From positions 3,424-67,423 of the forward strand of contig JBGGNG010000149.1 in NCBI GenBank assembly GCA_041287635.1: a stretch of 64,000 nt of DNA, written 5' to 3'. A program made the translations under genes and the position numbers. The number at the start of each line of letters is the position of its first letter. The first letter of the stretch is position 1. Below the pieces are notes generated by a model. It worked only from the letters and a program-made list of their open reading frames with translations. It made no database searches and was not told the origin of the DNA. This stretch comes from Actinomycetota bacterium (lineage in GTDB: Bacteria; Actinomycetota; UBA4738; HRBIN12). Of the stretch, positions 8,197 to 18,072 are shown piece by piece.

Positions 8197-9735
8197 GTGC
8201 TGACCTCCCTCGTGTGTCTCCTGTCGTCGCGCCGTGCCCGTCGCACGGTGGCCGCCGCCGTGTGCGCGCCCGTCCTGCTCGGCGCCGGCGTCGCCGCCGG
8301 CCAGGTCGCAGGCGCTTGGACCGAGTTCCAGGGAGGGCCGTCGAAGACCGGTGTCGCGACCGACGGCCCCGACCCCGGATACCGCCGGGCGTGGAGCACC
8401 CCGTTCGACCCGGGTGGTCCCGGCGACCGCTTCGGCCTCTCGGCGCCCGTGATCGCCGAGGATGTCGCGGTGGCGGTCGGTCCCGACGCGGTGATCGGCG
8501 TCGACCTCGGCTCGGGCGAGCAGACGTTCTCGGTGGATCGCGCCGTCGGTCCCTCGGTGCCGGCAGCCGTGGCCCCGCTCGGCGACGGCGCGGCGGTCGT
8601 GTATACGGAGGGATGGGGCGAGGGGCCGCCTCCCGCACCTGGCTCCGAGGTCAGTCCGACCGCGTCGGCGAGCCCGGGGACCCCTGCCGACGCTGACGTC
8701 GAAGGCCTCGTCGAGTCCGGCCTCACCGCGTTCGATCTTGGGAGCCAGGAGCGGTTGTGGCCACCGGTGCCGCTCGATGGCGTGAGCCGAACGGGGGTCA
8801 CCGTCGACGACGGGTCGGCGTTCGTCGGCGTGAACGGCGGCACCGTGATCTCCGTCGATCTCGCCGATGGGAGCGTCGATTGGCGCCGCGAGCTCGATGC
8901 GATGCTCGTCACCCCGATCACGGTGATCGATGCGACGGTGCTGGTCGGCCTGCAGGGCGACGGCGACACCCAGCCCGTCGTCGTGGCGCTCGAGGCGAAC
9001 ACTGGCGAGGAGCGATGGCGACACGAGCCCTCGGCGCGGTCATCCGTCGTCTCAGCGATCTCAGCCGACCAGGGGACCGCCTTCGCGATCTTCGCGGGCC
9101 TGTCGGAGACATCGGTCGTCGCGCTCGACCTCGCCGACGGAACCCAGCGCTGGAGCCGTCGTGTGAACGCCACCTTCGACGTGATCGCACCCCCCGTCGT
9201 GGGGGCGGAGACGGTCTTCGTGACGGATCTGATCGGACACACCCGCGCCCTCGATGCCGGCACGGGGCAGCAACGGTGGGACTTCGCGCAGAACGTGCCC
9301 GTGTTCCGGAGCGTGCCGGTGCTCGTCGGGGCGCACCTGCTCGTGCCGACCCTCGAGGGTGAGCTCGGCGCGATCGACGCCGAGACCGGCGAGCTGGTCT
9401 GGCGTCTGCAGGCGGACGGCGCGCCGATCCGCTCGGTGGCGGCGGCGGGTGATGTGCTCGTGGCGGTGCGCGGCGCCGGTCGATCGGGGCTCGAGGGGTT
9501 CGAGCACGACCCGGACGCGGCACTCGTGCGCGAGGCTTCGCCGACGACGCTTGCTCCGGGACGCATGGTCGGCGCGATCGCGATCGCGGCGATCCCGCTC
9601 CTGGTGGTCGTGCTCCTGCTGGGGCGGATGCTCATCGCTCGCATGGGCCCGGCGTTCCCGGGCGACGACGAGCAGGTGTCCGAGGACGACGAACACGTCG
9701 TCGACCCGTGGGAAGCCGAGGACCCGACCCCGTGA
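8197..9735 (+). CDS. PQQ-like (BamB-type) beta-propeller repeat protein, N-terminal signal and C-terminal TM anchor
   Basis: At least six repeats of the D..(T/D)G...W type (SVDLADGSVDWRR, ALEANTGEERWRH, ALDLADGTQRWSR, ALDAGTGQQRWDF, AIDAETGELVWRL). Hydrophobic helix AIAIAAIPLLVVVLLLG, then an acidic tail. Confidence 0.75.
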   Translation: MLTSLVCLLSSRRARRTVAAAVCAPVLLGAGVAAGQVAGAWTEFQGGPSKTGVATDGPDPGYRRAWSTPFDPGGPGDRFGLSAPVIAEDVAVAVGPDAVIGVDLGSGEQTFSVDRAVGPSVPAAVAPLGDGAAVVYTEGWGEGPPPAPGSEVSPTASASPGTPADADVEGLVESGLTAFDLGSQERLWPPVPLDGVSRTGVTVDDGSAFVGVNGGTVISVDLADGSVDWRRELDAMLVTPITVIDATVLVGLQGDGDTQPVVVALEANTGEERWRHEPSARSSVVSAISADQGTAFAIFAGLSETSVVALDLADGTQRWSRRVNATFDVIAPPVVGAETVFVTDLIGHTRALDAGTGQQRWDFAQNVPVFRSVPVLVGAHLLVPTLEGELGAIDAETGELVWRLQADGAPIRSVAAAGDVLVAVRGAGRSGLEGFEHDPDAALVREASPTTLAPGRMVGAIAIAAIPLLVVVLLLGRMLIARMGPAFPGDDEQVSEDDEHVVDPWEAEDPTP

Positions 9736-10697
9736 CGAACAAGAACAAGCGCTCGAAGCCTCGCGACCGCGACGACGGGCACCGTTCCGCGCCGCCGGCC
9801 TCGCGCGGGGCCGAGCCAGCGCCGCGGAGAGGGCTGCTCGACTCGCTCTTCTCGCCGCGGGTCGGCTCGACCTCGATGCCCAGCATCCGCACGTCGGCCG
9901 CTCGAGGCCTCGCCGTCGTCGCGGGCACCCCGGTGCTCGCGGTCGGGGCCGTCGCGCTCGTCGTCCTCGAATGGCTCGCGGCGCTGGCACTCGGGTACGA
10001 GGGCCCGTTCGCGCTCTTCGTCAACGCCCTGGGGTTGGCGCCGGTCGGCACGAGCTTCGACGCCACGCTCTCCACGTCGCTGTTCGGCCTACAGGGAGGG
10101 TTCTTCGCGATCCTCGGGTTCGTGGCGTTCCGGGCGATGGTGCAGGCGCTCCTCGTCGCGGTGATCGTGGAGGTCCTGCGCTCGGCCCCTCTCGGTCGGT
10201 GGACTCTCATCCGGGCGCTCAGGACCCTGCCGGCGGCACTGGCGGTCAACATCGCCGGCATCGGATTGCTGACCCTGGCCAGTCTGCTGGGGCCGCTGCT
10301 CGGTCCGGCGTTCGGGCTCCTGATCCAGATGGCCGCGCTGGTGGGCGGCGTCTACGTGCTGAGCTTCGCACCGGTGATCGCGGCCGACGAGGGGCGCCGC
10401 CTCTCCGACGCGATGAGCCGGTCGGTGCGGGCGGCCCGCATGCCGGGATCGGGCAACCTGACGCTCGCCGCGATCTACGTCGTCGCCTCGATCGCGATCC
10501 TGGTCGTGCCGGGCAAGCCCGGGTCCGATCTCGGGGTGAACCCGACCGTCTCGGCGTGGGTGATGGTGCTGGTCGCCAACCTCCTCCACGTGGTGATGCA
10601 GGCTATGGTGGCCTTCCGATACCTGTCGGTTGCCGACGAAGTGCCCGACGCCGCTCCGAGACGGCAGGCGGCCCCTCGCGCGCGGTCCCGTGGCTGA
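9732..10697 (+). CDS. Polytopic membrane protein of unknown function
   Basis: GTG 9732 overlaps the upstream stop (GTGA). Basic N-terminus followed by about 6 hydrophobic segments. No recognisable motif. Confidence 0.6.
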   Translation: MTNKNKRSKPRDRDDGHRSAPPASRGAEPAPRRGLLDSLFSPRVGSTSMPSIRTSAARGLAVVAGTPVLAVGAVALVVLEWLAALALGYEGPFALFVNALGLAPVGTSFDATLSTSLFGLQGGFFAILGFVAFRAMVQALLVAVIVEVLRSAPLGRWTLIRALRTLPAALAVNIAGIGLLTLASLLGPLLGPAFGLLIQMAALVGGVYVLSFAPVIAADEGRRLSDAMSRSVRAARMPGSGNLTLAAIYVVASIAILVVPGKPGSDLGVNPTVSAWVMVLVANLLHVVMQAMVAFRYLSVADEVPDAAPRRQAAPRARSRG

Positions 10698-10869
10698 TCG
10701 CCGGGGGCAGCGGTCGACGGGGGAACGCCGCTGCTAGACTTCTCGCGCCGGCGCATCTGCGCCGAGCTCACACGTTCGGGGACCGCATCGCCGGGGTCCC
10801 GCGCCTCACGAAGGCGGGCCGGCGACGGGACGATCCGAGCGGAGGAACTGAAACCGAGAAGGAGGCCCC

Positions 10870-11892
10870 GTGCCTGTCGTGACCAGGCGGGAGCTCCTCG
10901 AAGCGGGCGTGCACTTCGGCCACCAGACCCGTCGGTGGAACCCGAAGATGCAGCGATTCCTCTACGGGGAGCGTTCCGGCATCTACATCATCGACCTCGA
11001 GAAGTCCCTCGCGGGGCTCGAGGAGACCCACGAGTTCGTGCAGGGCCTCGGCCGTCGGCGCGGCATCGTGCTGTTCATCGGGACGAAGAAGCAGGCCCAA
11101 GAAGTCGTGCAGGACCATGCGACCCGTATCGGCATGCCGTACGTGAACCACCGATGGCTCGGCGGCATGCTCACGAACTTCACGACCATCTCCAAGCGGC
11201 TGCTCCGCCTGCGCGAGCTGCACGAGATGGAGCGCACCGGTGCGCTCGACTACCTCCCCAAGAAGGAAGCGATCAGGTTGCGCCACGAGCGCGACAAGCT
11301 GACGCGCAACCTGGGGGGCATCCAAGACCTCGAGCGCCTGCCCGACGCCGTCTTCGTGATCGACACGAAGAAGGAGCACATCGCCGTCAACGAGGCCAGG
11401 AAGCTGGGCATCCCCGTGATCGCGATCGTCGACACGAACTGCGACCCCGACGAGGTCGATTACGCGATCCCGGGCAACGACGACGCGATCCGCGCCGTGA
11501 GCCTCGTGGCCCGCGTGGTCGCCGACGCTTTGGCCGAGGGCTACGGCATGGCGAAAGACGAGGACGTCGAGCGCGTCACCACCCGCTCGGCCGTCCCGGC
11601 GGCCACCGGACCGCGCTCGACGGCCGCCCCGGCGAGGGTGGAGGAGTCCGAGACACCGTCCGCCGAGGACGCCGCCGCGATCGCCGCGAGCACGGTCTTC
11701 GAGCCCGACGCGCCCGAGGCCCCTGCAACCGAGGGGGCTGCCGAGCCGATGGCCGAGGGATCGACCGAGGTCCTCGAAGACGCCTCGGCGGCCGAGACCG
11801 TCGTGGTGACCGATCCGGTCGAGGCCGTGGCATCGGCCGTCGCGGACACGCCCGAGGAGCCGGCCGCGGAGATGCCCGAGGAGCAGGCATGA
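10870..11892 (+). CDS. rpsB: 30S ribosomal protein S2 with about 100-aa acidic C-terminal extension
   Basis: [19 protein letters not shown]... is canonical S2. GAAGGAGG lies upstream. The tail is rich in E/A/P/T. Confidence 0.95.
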   Translation: MPVVTRRELLEAGVHFGHQTRRWNPKMQRFLYGERSGIYIIDLEKSLAGLEETHEFVQGLGRRRGIVLFIGTKKQAQEVVQDHATRIGMPYVNHRWLGGMLTNFTTISKRLLRLRELHEMERTGALDYLPKKEAIRLRHERDKLTRNLGGIQDLERLPDAVFVIDTKKEHIAVNEARKLGIPVIAIVDTNCDPDEVDYAIPGNDDAIRAVSLVARVVADALAEGYGMAKDEDVERVTTRSAVPAATGPRSTAAPARVEESETPSAEDAAAIAASTVFEPDAPEAPATEGAAEPMAEGSTEVLEDASAAETVVVTDPVEAVASAVADTPEEPAAEMPEEQA

Positions 11893-12530
11893 GCGACTAC
11901 TCGCCCACCGCCACCGAGGTGAAGCAGCTCCGCGACGCCACCGGCGCCGGCATGATGGACTGCAAGACGGCGCTGATCGAGTCCGGCGGCGACCTCGAGC
12001 GCGCGGTCGAGTACCTGCGCGAGAAGGGACTCGCCTCGGTCGCCAAGCGTGCCGGACGCTCTGCCAACCAGGGGCTGGTGGACGCGTACGTGCACTTCAA
12101 CAACACCGTGGGCGTGCTCGTCGAGGTCAACTGCGAGACGGACTTCGTCGCCAAGACCGAGGACTTCCAGCGGCTCGTGAAGGACATCGCGCTGCACATC
12201 GCGAGCCCCTCGGCGCCGCGGTTCCTGACCCGTGAGGAGGTGCCGCGGGCCGAGCTCGATCAGGAACGGCACATCGCCGAGGTGCAGGCCAAGGAGGCCG
12301 GCAAGCCCGAGAACGTCGTCGAGAAGATCGTCGAGGGCAAGATCAACGCGTACCTCAAGGACATCGTGCTGCTCGATCAGCCGTTCGTGAAGGACGACTC
12401 GAAGACGGTGCAGCAGTTGCTCGACGAGACATCGGCTAAAGTGGGCGAGCGCATCGCGATCCGCCGGTTCGTCCGGTTCAAGCTGGGCGAGGCCGGCGAT
12501 GACGAGGCGGCGGACGGTGACGCGTCGTAA
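11889..12530 (+). CDS. tsf: Elongation factor Ts (short, 213-aa form)
   Basis: ATG 11889 overlaps the rpsB stop (ATGA). [22 protein letters not shown]-like N-terminus. The rest of track ORF 10935..12530 is an out-of-frame shadow of rpsB. Confidence 0.9.
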   Translation: MSDYSPTATEVKQLRDATGAGMMDCKTALIESGGDLERAVEYLREKGLASVAKRAGRSANQGLVDAYVHFNNTVGVLVEVNCETDFVAKTEDFQRLVKDIALHIASPSAPRFLTREEVPRAELDQERHIAEVQAKEAGKPENVVEKIVEGKINAYLKDIVLLDQPFVKDDSKTVQQLLDETSAKVGERIAIRRFVRFKLGEAGDDEAADGDAS

Positions 12531-12577
12531 GGTCTGGGTCGACCGCGAGCGGTAGGCCCGACGGGGGAGGGGAGCGC

Positions 12578-13306
12578 ATGGCCGACGACGGAGGCACGCC
12601 GCGAGCCCAGTACGGGCGAGTGTTGCTGAAGCTCTCCGGTGAGGCCTTCGCTCCCACAGATGCCGAGTACGGCATCAACACCGATGCCACGGCGCTGATC
12701 GCCCGGCAGCTCGCCGAGGTCGTCGACCTCGGGGTGCAGACCGCGGTCGTCGTGGGGGGCGGCAACATCTGGCGGGGCCGGCAGGCCCCGGGTATCGATC
12801 GCAACCGCGCCGATTACATGGGCATGCTGGCCACCGTGATGAATGCACTGGCCCTGCAGGATGCACTCGAGAAGATCCACGTCACGACCCGGGTGCAGAC
12901 GGCCATCTCGATGACCCAGCTCGCCGAGCCATTCATGCCGCTGCGGGCCAGGCGCCACCTCGAGAAGGGGCGTGTGGTGATCTTCGCGGCGGGCCTCGGC
13001 GTGCCGTACTTCTCCACCGATACGTGCGCCGCTCAGCGAGCGCTGGAGATCGGCGCCGACGCGTTGCTCAAGGGCACGAAGGTCGACGGCGTCTACACCG
13101 CCGACCCGGTCCTCGACGCCTCGGCGAAGCGCTTCGACGAGATCGAGTACGTCGACGTGCTGAAGGAGGGCTACCAGGTCATGGACGCCACCGCGATCTC
13201 GCTGTGCATGGAGAACAAGCTGCCGATCATCGTCTTCAATCTCCGCGAAGAGGGGAACATCCGTCGCGTGGTCAACGGCGAGCCCATCGGCACGCTCGTC
13301 CACTGA
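12578..13306 (+). CDS. pyrH: UMP kinase
   Basis: 242 aa. [10 protein letters not shown] and [10 protein letters not shown] motifs. Confidence 0.95.
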   Translation: MADDGGTPRAQYGRVLLKLSGEAFAPTDAEYGINTDATALIARQLAEVVDLGVQTAVVVGGGNIWRGRQAPGIDRNRADYMGMLATVMNALALQDALEKIHVTTRVQTAISMTQLAEPFMPLRARRHLEKGRVVIFAAGLGVPYFSTDTCAAQRALEIGADALLKGTKVDGVYTADPVLDASAKRFDEIEYVDVLKEGYQVMDATAISLCMENKLPIIVFNLREEGNIRRVVNGEPIGTLVH

Positions 13307-13315
13307 AGGAGTCCG

Positions 13316-13879
13316 ATGACGATCGATTCCAGCCTCAAGGACGCAGCCCACAAGATGGAGCAGGCGGTCACCCATCTCAAGGACGAACTCTCCGCGATCC
13401 GCACGGGCCGCGCGACCCCAGCGGTGCTGAACCGCGTCACGGTGGAGTACTACGGCACGCCCGTGCCCCTGAACCAGCTCGCCTCCATCAACGTGCCGGA
13501 ACCCCGCCTGCTGTCGGTGCAGCCGTTCGACAAAGGTGCGATCGGGGCGATCGAGAAGGCGATCCAGTCGAGCGACCTCGGCATCACCCCGTCGAACGAC
13601 GGGCAGGTGATCAGGTTGGCGTTCCCCCCGCTCACCGAGGAGCGGCGCAAGGAGCTCGTGAAGCAGGTCCACACGCGCGCTGAGGAGGCCCGCGTCTCAG
13701 TGCGCAACGTGCGGCGCCACGCCAAGGAAGAGATGGAGAAGCTTGAGCGTGAGGGCGGCATCTCGGAAGATGACCTCGTGCGGGGGGAGAAGGAGCTCCA
13801 GAAGCAGACGGATCGGCACGTGGCGGAGATCGACGTGATCCAGGACCACAAGGAGCAGGAGCTCATGGAGGTCTCGTGA
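13316..13879 (+). CDS. frr: Ribosome recycling factor
   Basis: 187 aa. LSAIRTGRA, PPLTEERRKELVK. Confidence 0.95.
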   Translation: MTIDSSLKDAAHKMEQAVTHLKDELSAIRTGRATPAVLNRVTVEYYGTPVPLNQLASINVPEPRLLSVQPFDKGAIGAIEKAIQSSDLGITPSNDGQVIRLAFPPLTEERRKELVKQVHTRAEEARVSVRNVRRHAKEEMEKLEREGGISEDDLVRGEKELQKQTDRHVAEIDVIQDHKEQELMEVS

Positions 13880-15609
13880 CGGGCGACAAGCGCAACGGCG
13901 ACGATCTGTTCGAGGACCTCGACAAGTTCTTCGCACCCATCAAGGACGTCGACTGGGACGAGCCGGCGTCGGCCGGCGCCCGCGAGACGCCGAGCGAGGA
14001 GCACGTATCGATCCGCGCCGATGAGCCGGAGGTCGCTGCTCCGGCCCAGGTCGAGCCTGAAGTGCCGGAGCAGCCCGAGGAACCCGACGAACCCGAGGAC
14101 GAGGACTGGTACGACACCACGGTGCTGGAGACGATCGAGGGCATCGGCGCCGACGATGAGGCCGAGGAACCGGTCGTCGCCGTGGGCGAGGTCGCCGACG
14201 ATGAGATCGGCACCGAGGTCGTGGGTGAGGTCGTCGAGCCGGCTCCGGGCCAGGCGGGTCTCTTCGGCCAAGGCCATGAGCCCGAGGACGAAGCCGACGG
14301 CGGATGGGGCGTGACCGACGACGAATCGGTCGTCGGCGAGTACGCGGAGGCGACCCTCGTGGGTGACGACGAGGAACCCGACGCAGGCATCGGCACCGAG
14401 ACCGCTCCGATCGCCACGATCGACGAGCTGATGGGCGACGTGGAGTCGCCCGACGAGGGCGCCGTCGAGCGAGCCGCGGAGTACTTCGCGCCGTCGGTTC
14501 GTGGGGAAGACGCGAGCGAGGAGCCCGAGCAGGTCGTCGTCGGCTCAGAAGGCGTGGGGTGGGACGACGGGTCCTCCGTGACGCCAGAAGTCGGCGGCAC
14601 GTTGATCGGCGAGCTCGGAGCCGACGAGGTCGAGCAGGACATCCTCTCGGACCTTGGCGGAACCGATCCCGAGCCCGAGACCGTGATGGTCGGAGCCGGG
14701 GAGGGCCTGGGTGGCCCGAGCTGGCAGGAGCCCGGCTCCGTCGAGGTCGGTGCCGACGCCGAACGCCGAGGCCCAGGCCCGGGTGAGCGAGACGTGCCGG
14801 CCGCGTTCCTCACGGGAGCCGTGCTCGCGATCGCGGCACTCGCCGCGCTGCTGATCGGTGACTGGTTGTTCGGTCTGCTCGCGGCCGCGATCGTGTTGCT
14901 GGCGCAGGGGGAGCTTTTCGGCGTGATGGTGAAGCACCGTCGCCAGCCTGCGACCGCCGTCGGATTGATCGCCGGCGCGTTGATGCTCGCCGCCGCGTAC
15001 TTCCGGGGCGAGAGCGCGGTGCTCGCGATGTTCGCGCTCGGTGTGGCGGCCACGTTCCTCTGGTTCATGTCGGGGCCCATGAGCGCGCGTAAGGACGTCA
15101 CCGTCAACATCGGGCTGACCGTGCTCAACATGGCCTGGGTGCCGCTGTTGGGCAGCTACCTGCTGGTCCTGCTCGAGGGTGAGAGCGGCACAGCGCTGGT
15201 CGTGAGCGTGATCGGCCTGACGTTCGTCTACGACACGGCCGCGTTCCTGTCGGGCTCGGTCTGGGGCGGTCAGTTCTTCCAGCGCCCACTCGCGCCGACG
15301 GTGAGTCCGAAGAAGTCGATCGAGGGCGTGATCATCGGCTCCCTCGTGACGGTGGTGGTCGCGGTCACACTGGTGACGTCGTTCGTCGATCCTTTCGAGA
15401 ACCTGCGCATCGAGGCCCTGCTGCTGGGGCTCGTCGTCGCGGCTGCCGCGACCTTCGGCGACCTCGCGGAGTCGTTGGTCAAGCGCGACATGGGCATCAA
15501 GGACATGGGAAGCATCCTGCCCGGCCACGGCGGGGTGCTCGACCGCATCGACTCTCTGCTGTTCGTCGCGCCGGCCGCCTTCTTCCTGTACCGCATCATC
15601 ATCGCCTGA
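13876..15609 (+). CDS. cdsA: Phosphatidate cytidylyltransferase CdsA with about 290-aa acidic N-terminal extension
   Basis: C-terminal signature SLVKRDMGIKDMGSILPGHGGVLDRIDS. Single open frame from GTG 13876 (GTGA overlap with frr). The acidic part has strong coding GC3 bias. Confidence 0.8.
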   Translation: MTGDKRNGDDLFEDLDKFFAPIKDVDWDEPASAGARETPSEEHVSIRADEPEVAAPAQVEPEVPEQPEEPDEPEDEDWYDTTVLETIEGIGADDEAEEPVVAVGEVADDEIGTEVVGEVVEPAPGQAGLFGQGHEPEDEADGGWGVTDDESVVGEYAEATLVGDDEEPDAGIGTETAPIATIDELMGDVESPDEGAVERAAEYFAPSVRGEDASEEPEQVVVGSEGVGWDDGSSVTPEVGGTLIGELGADEVEQDILSDLGGTDPEPETVMVGAGEGLGGPSWQEPGSVEVGADAERRGPGPGERDVPAAFLTGAVLAIAALAALLIGDWLFGLLAAAIVLLAQGELFGVMVKHRRQPATAVGLIAGALMLAAAYFRGESAVLAMFALGVAATFLWFMSGPMSARKDVTVNIGLTVLNMAWVPLLGSYLLVLLEGESGTALVVSVIGLTFVYDTAAFLSGSVWGGQFFQRPLAPTVSPKKSIEGVIIGSLVTVVVAVTLVTSFVDPFENLRIEALLLGLVVAAAATFGDLAESLVKRDMGIKDMGSILPGHGGVLDRIDSLLFVAPAAFFLYRIIIA

Positions 15610-15654
15610 GCCTCGTTCCAAGCGTTCCGCCCGGCTCGGGGTACCCTTGAGCGC

Positions 15655-16812
15655 ATGAAAGCGTTGACGATCCTCGGTTCCACGGGGTCGATCGGCACGC
15701 AGGCCCTCGACGTGGTGCGGCGCAACCCCGACCGGTTCAAGATCGTCGGGCTGTCCGCGGCGGGCGCCAACCTGGAGCTGCTCGCCGGGCAGATCCGTGA
15801 GTTCCTGCCCCCGGTGGTCGCGCTGGCGGACGACGGGGCGGCAGCCGACGTGAAGCAGAAGATCGGCGCCGTGGCCGGGGTCGAGATCGTGGAGGGCCCC
15901 GACGCCGCCGAGCGCCTCGCCGCTGAGACCGAGGCCGACATGGTGCTGAACGCGCTGGTCGGATCCGCCGGACTCGCGCCCACGCTCGCGACCCTGCAGT
16001 CGGGCAAGACCCTCGCGCTCGCGAACAAGGAGAGCCTGGTCGTGGGCGGCGAGCTCGTGACGGACCTGATCAAGGGCGAGCCCGAGCGCTTGCTGCCCGT
16101 GGACTCCGAGCACGCCGCCCTCGCGATGGCGATGCGCGGCGAACGCCGCGAGGACCTCAAGCGCGTCGTGCTCACCGGCTCGGGCGGTCCGTTCCGAGGC
16201 TGGACCCGCAACGAGCTCGCGAAAGCCAGCGTCAAGGAGGCGCTCGCCCATCCGGTGTGGACGATGGGCCCGAAGATCACGATCGACTCGGCTACGCTCA
16301 TGAACAAGGGCCTCGAGGTGATCGAGGCGCACTACCTGTTCGATCTCGAGTACTCCTCGATCCACGTGCTGATCCACCCCGAGGGACTGGTGCACGCGAT
16401 GGCCGAGTTCCGCGACGGCAGCCTGCGCGCCGAGATGGCGACGCCCGACATGCGGCTGCCGATCCAGCTCGCGCTCGCCTGGCCCGAGCGGCTCCCGACC
16501 GGCGTCGAGCCGGTGCCGCTCACCGAGCGACCGCTCACGTTCGAGCCGGTCGATCGCGAGGCGTTCCCGGCCGTCGATCTGGCGTATCGGGTCGGAGGCC
16601 TCGGGCTCACGTTCCCCGCGGTGATGAACGCCGCGAACGAGGTCGCCGTGATGGCGTTCCTCGAGGGGAAGATTCCCCTCACCCGCATCGTCGAGCTGGT
16701 GCAGACCGTGGTCGACGAGCACGAGCCCGCCTCGGTGGTCTCGATCGTGAACATCGAACGCGCCGACGCCTGGGCGCGGCAACGCGCCGCCGAGCTCGCC
16801 GAGGAGCGATAG
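15655..16812 (+). CDS. dxr: 1-deoxy-D-xylulose-5-phosphate reductoisomerase
   Basis: 385 aa. ILGSTGSIGTQALDV, LANKESLV, VDSEH. Confidence 0.95.
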   Translation: MKALTILGSTGSIGTQALDVVRRNPDRFKIVGLSAAGANLELLAGQIREFLPPVVALADDGAAADVKQKIGAVAGVEIVEGPDAAERLAAETEADMVLNALVGSAGLAPTLATLQSGKTLALANKESLVVGGELVTDLIKGEPERLLPVDSEHAALAMAMRGERREDLKRVVLTGSGGPFRGWTRNELAKASVKEALAHPVWTMGPKITIDSATLMNKGLEVIEAHYLFDLEYSSIHVLIHPEGLVHAMAEFRDGSLRAEMATPDMRLPIQLALAWPERLPTGVEPVPLTERPLTFEPVDREAFPAVDLAYRVGGLGLTFPAVMNAANEVAVMAFLEGKIPLTRIVELVQTVVDEHEPASVVSIVNIERADAWARQRAAELAEER

Positions 16813-16822
16813 CCCTTCCCCC

Positions 16823-17968
16823 ATGAACCTGCTCATCGGCGCCCTCATCTTCCTGCCCTTCCTCACGGTGATCATCGCGATCCACGAGCTGGGGCACTTC
16901 CACTTCGCGCGGCGATTCGGCATGAAGGTCACCGAGTACTTCATCGGGTTCGGCCCATGGAAGATCTGGTCCCGACGTCGAGGCGAGCTCGAGGTCGGCG
17001 TGAAGCCGATCTTCATCGGCGGCTACGTGAAGATCGCCGGCATGAACCCCTTCGAGGAGAACCCGCCCGAGGACACGCCGCGCCTCTACGGTTCGAAGCC
17101 GATCTGGCAGCGCGCGATCACGATCTTCGCTGGTCCGGGCACGCACTTCGTGGTCGCGGCCCTGATCTTCGCGGTCTGGCTGATGGTCTTCGGCGATCCA
17201 CGCACGGCGCCGCTCACGCCGCTCGTGATCGACGAGGTCGAGTTGACGATGAACGGCGACGAGTCGCCCGCCGCCGCCGCCGGGATCGAGTCGGGCGACC
17301 GCATCCTCGTGCTCGGCGGGGTCGACCGGCCCACGTCCGAGCAACTCACCGAGGTCGTCACGTCGCAGGTCGAGGATCGTCCGGGCGAGCCGCTCACGGT
17401 CGTGGTCGACCGCGACGGGGAACGCGTCACCCTCTCGGTCGTGCCCGAGCTCGACGAGGTCGAGGGCGAGACCCGTGGGCGCATGGGCGTGATCGTCGCC
17501 CCGCCCGACCCTCAGCCGGCAGGCATCGGCGCCGCGCTCGTCGGCGGTGTCAAGGAGGTCGGCTTCGCCGTGAAGGAGTCGTTCTCCCAGATCGGAAGGG
17601 TCTTCGGGCCCGAGGGCATCGGGCGCGTGTTCGGGCTGCTGTTCAACGACGAGCAACGCACCGTCAACGATGCCGCGAGCGTCGTGGGCATCAGCGAGCA
17701 GGTCGGCGCCACGTCGTCGGCGGGGGACTGGTCGACGATCCTGTACCTCTTCGGGTTCGTGACCGTGTTCGTCGGCCTGATCAACCTCGTGCCGCTCCCG
17801 CCGTTCGACGGCGGCCACCTGCTCACCCTCGCGATCGAGAAGATCCGCGGGAAGCCGGTCGACATGCGTACCCTGATCCCGATCTCGGCCGCCGTCATGG
17901 CCTTCTTCGTGATGTTCGTCGGGGCCACGATCGTGCTCGACGTGACGAAGCCGATCACGCTCCCGTAG
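16823..17968 (+). CDS. rseP: M50 site-2 protease (RseP/Rip1 type) with PDZ domain
   Basis: HELGHF zinc motif and NLVPLPPFDGGH motif. Conserved position after dxr. Confidence 0.9.
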   Translation: MNLLIGALIFLPFLTVIIAIHELGHFHFARRFGMKVTEYFIGFGPWKIWSRRRGELEVGVKPIFIGGYVKIAGMNPFEENPPEDTPRLYGSKPIWQRAITIFAGPGTHFVVAALIFAVWLMVFGDPRTAPLTPLVIDEVELTMNGDESPAAAAGIESGDRILVLGGVDRPTSEQLTEVVTSQVEDRPGEPLTVVVDRDGERVTLSVVPELDEVEGETRGRMGVIVAPPDPQPAGIGAALVGGVKEVGFAVKESFSQIGRVFGPEGIGRVFGLLFNDEQRTVNDAASVVGISEQVGATSSAGDWSTILYLFGFVTVFVGLINLVPLPPFDGGHLLTLAIEKIRGKPVDMRTLIPISAAVMAFFVMFVGATIVLDVTKPITLP

Positions 17969-18072
17969 GGGGCGTTCGACCCGCTCCCGGGATGCGTTGC
18001 GCCCGAGCGGGCGCCACGATTTCTCAACACCGCCTCTGACCGCAGCACACATGCCCCGGATACGATGCTCGC

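Noticed and set aside
10935-11888. 5' two-thirds of the 531-aa ORF ending in tsf
   Set aside because: It is an out-of-frame read through rpsB, translating to Arg/Gly/Pro-rich junk. EF-Ts begins at ATG 11889, overlapping the rpsB stop.
14545-17016. 823-aa minus-strand ORF
   Set aside because: It lies antisense to cdsA, dxr and rseP, which all carry unambiguous catalytic motifs. Its translation is Arg/Gly/His/Asp-rich low complexity. This is a typical shadow ORF of very GC-rich DNA.
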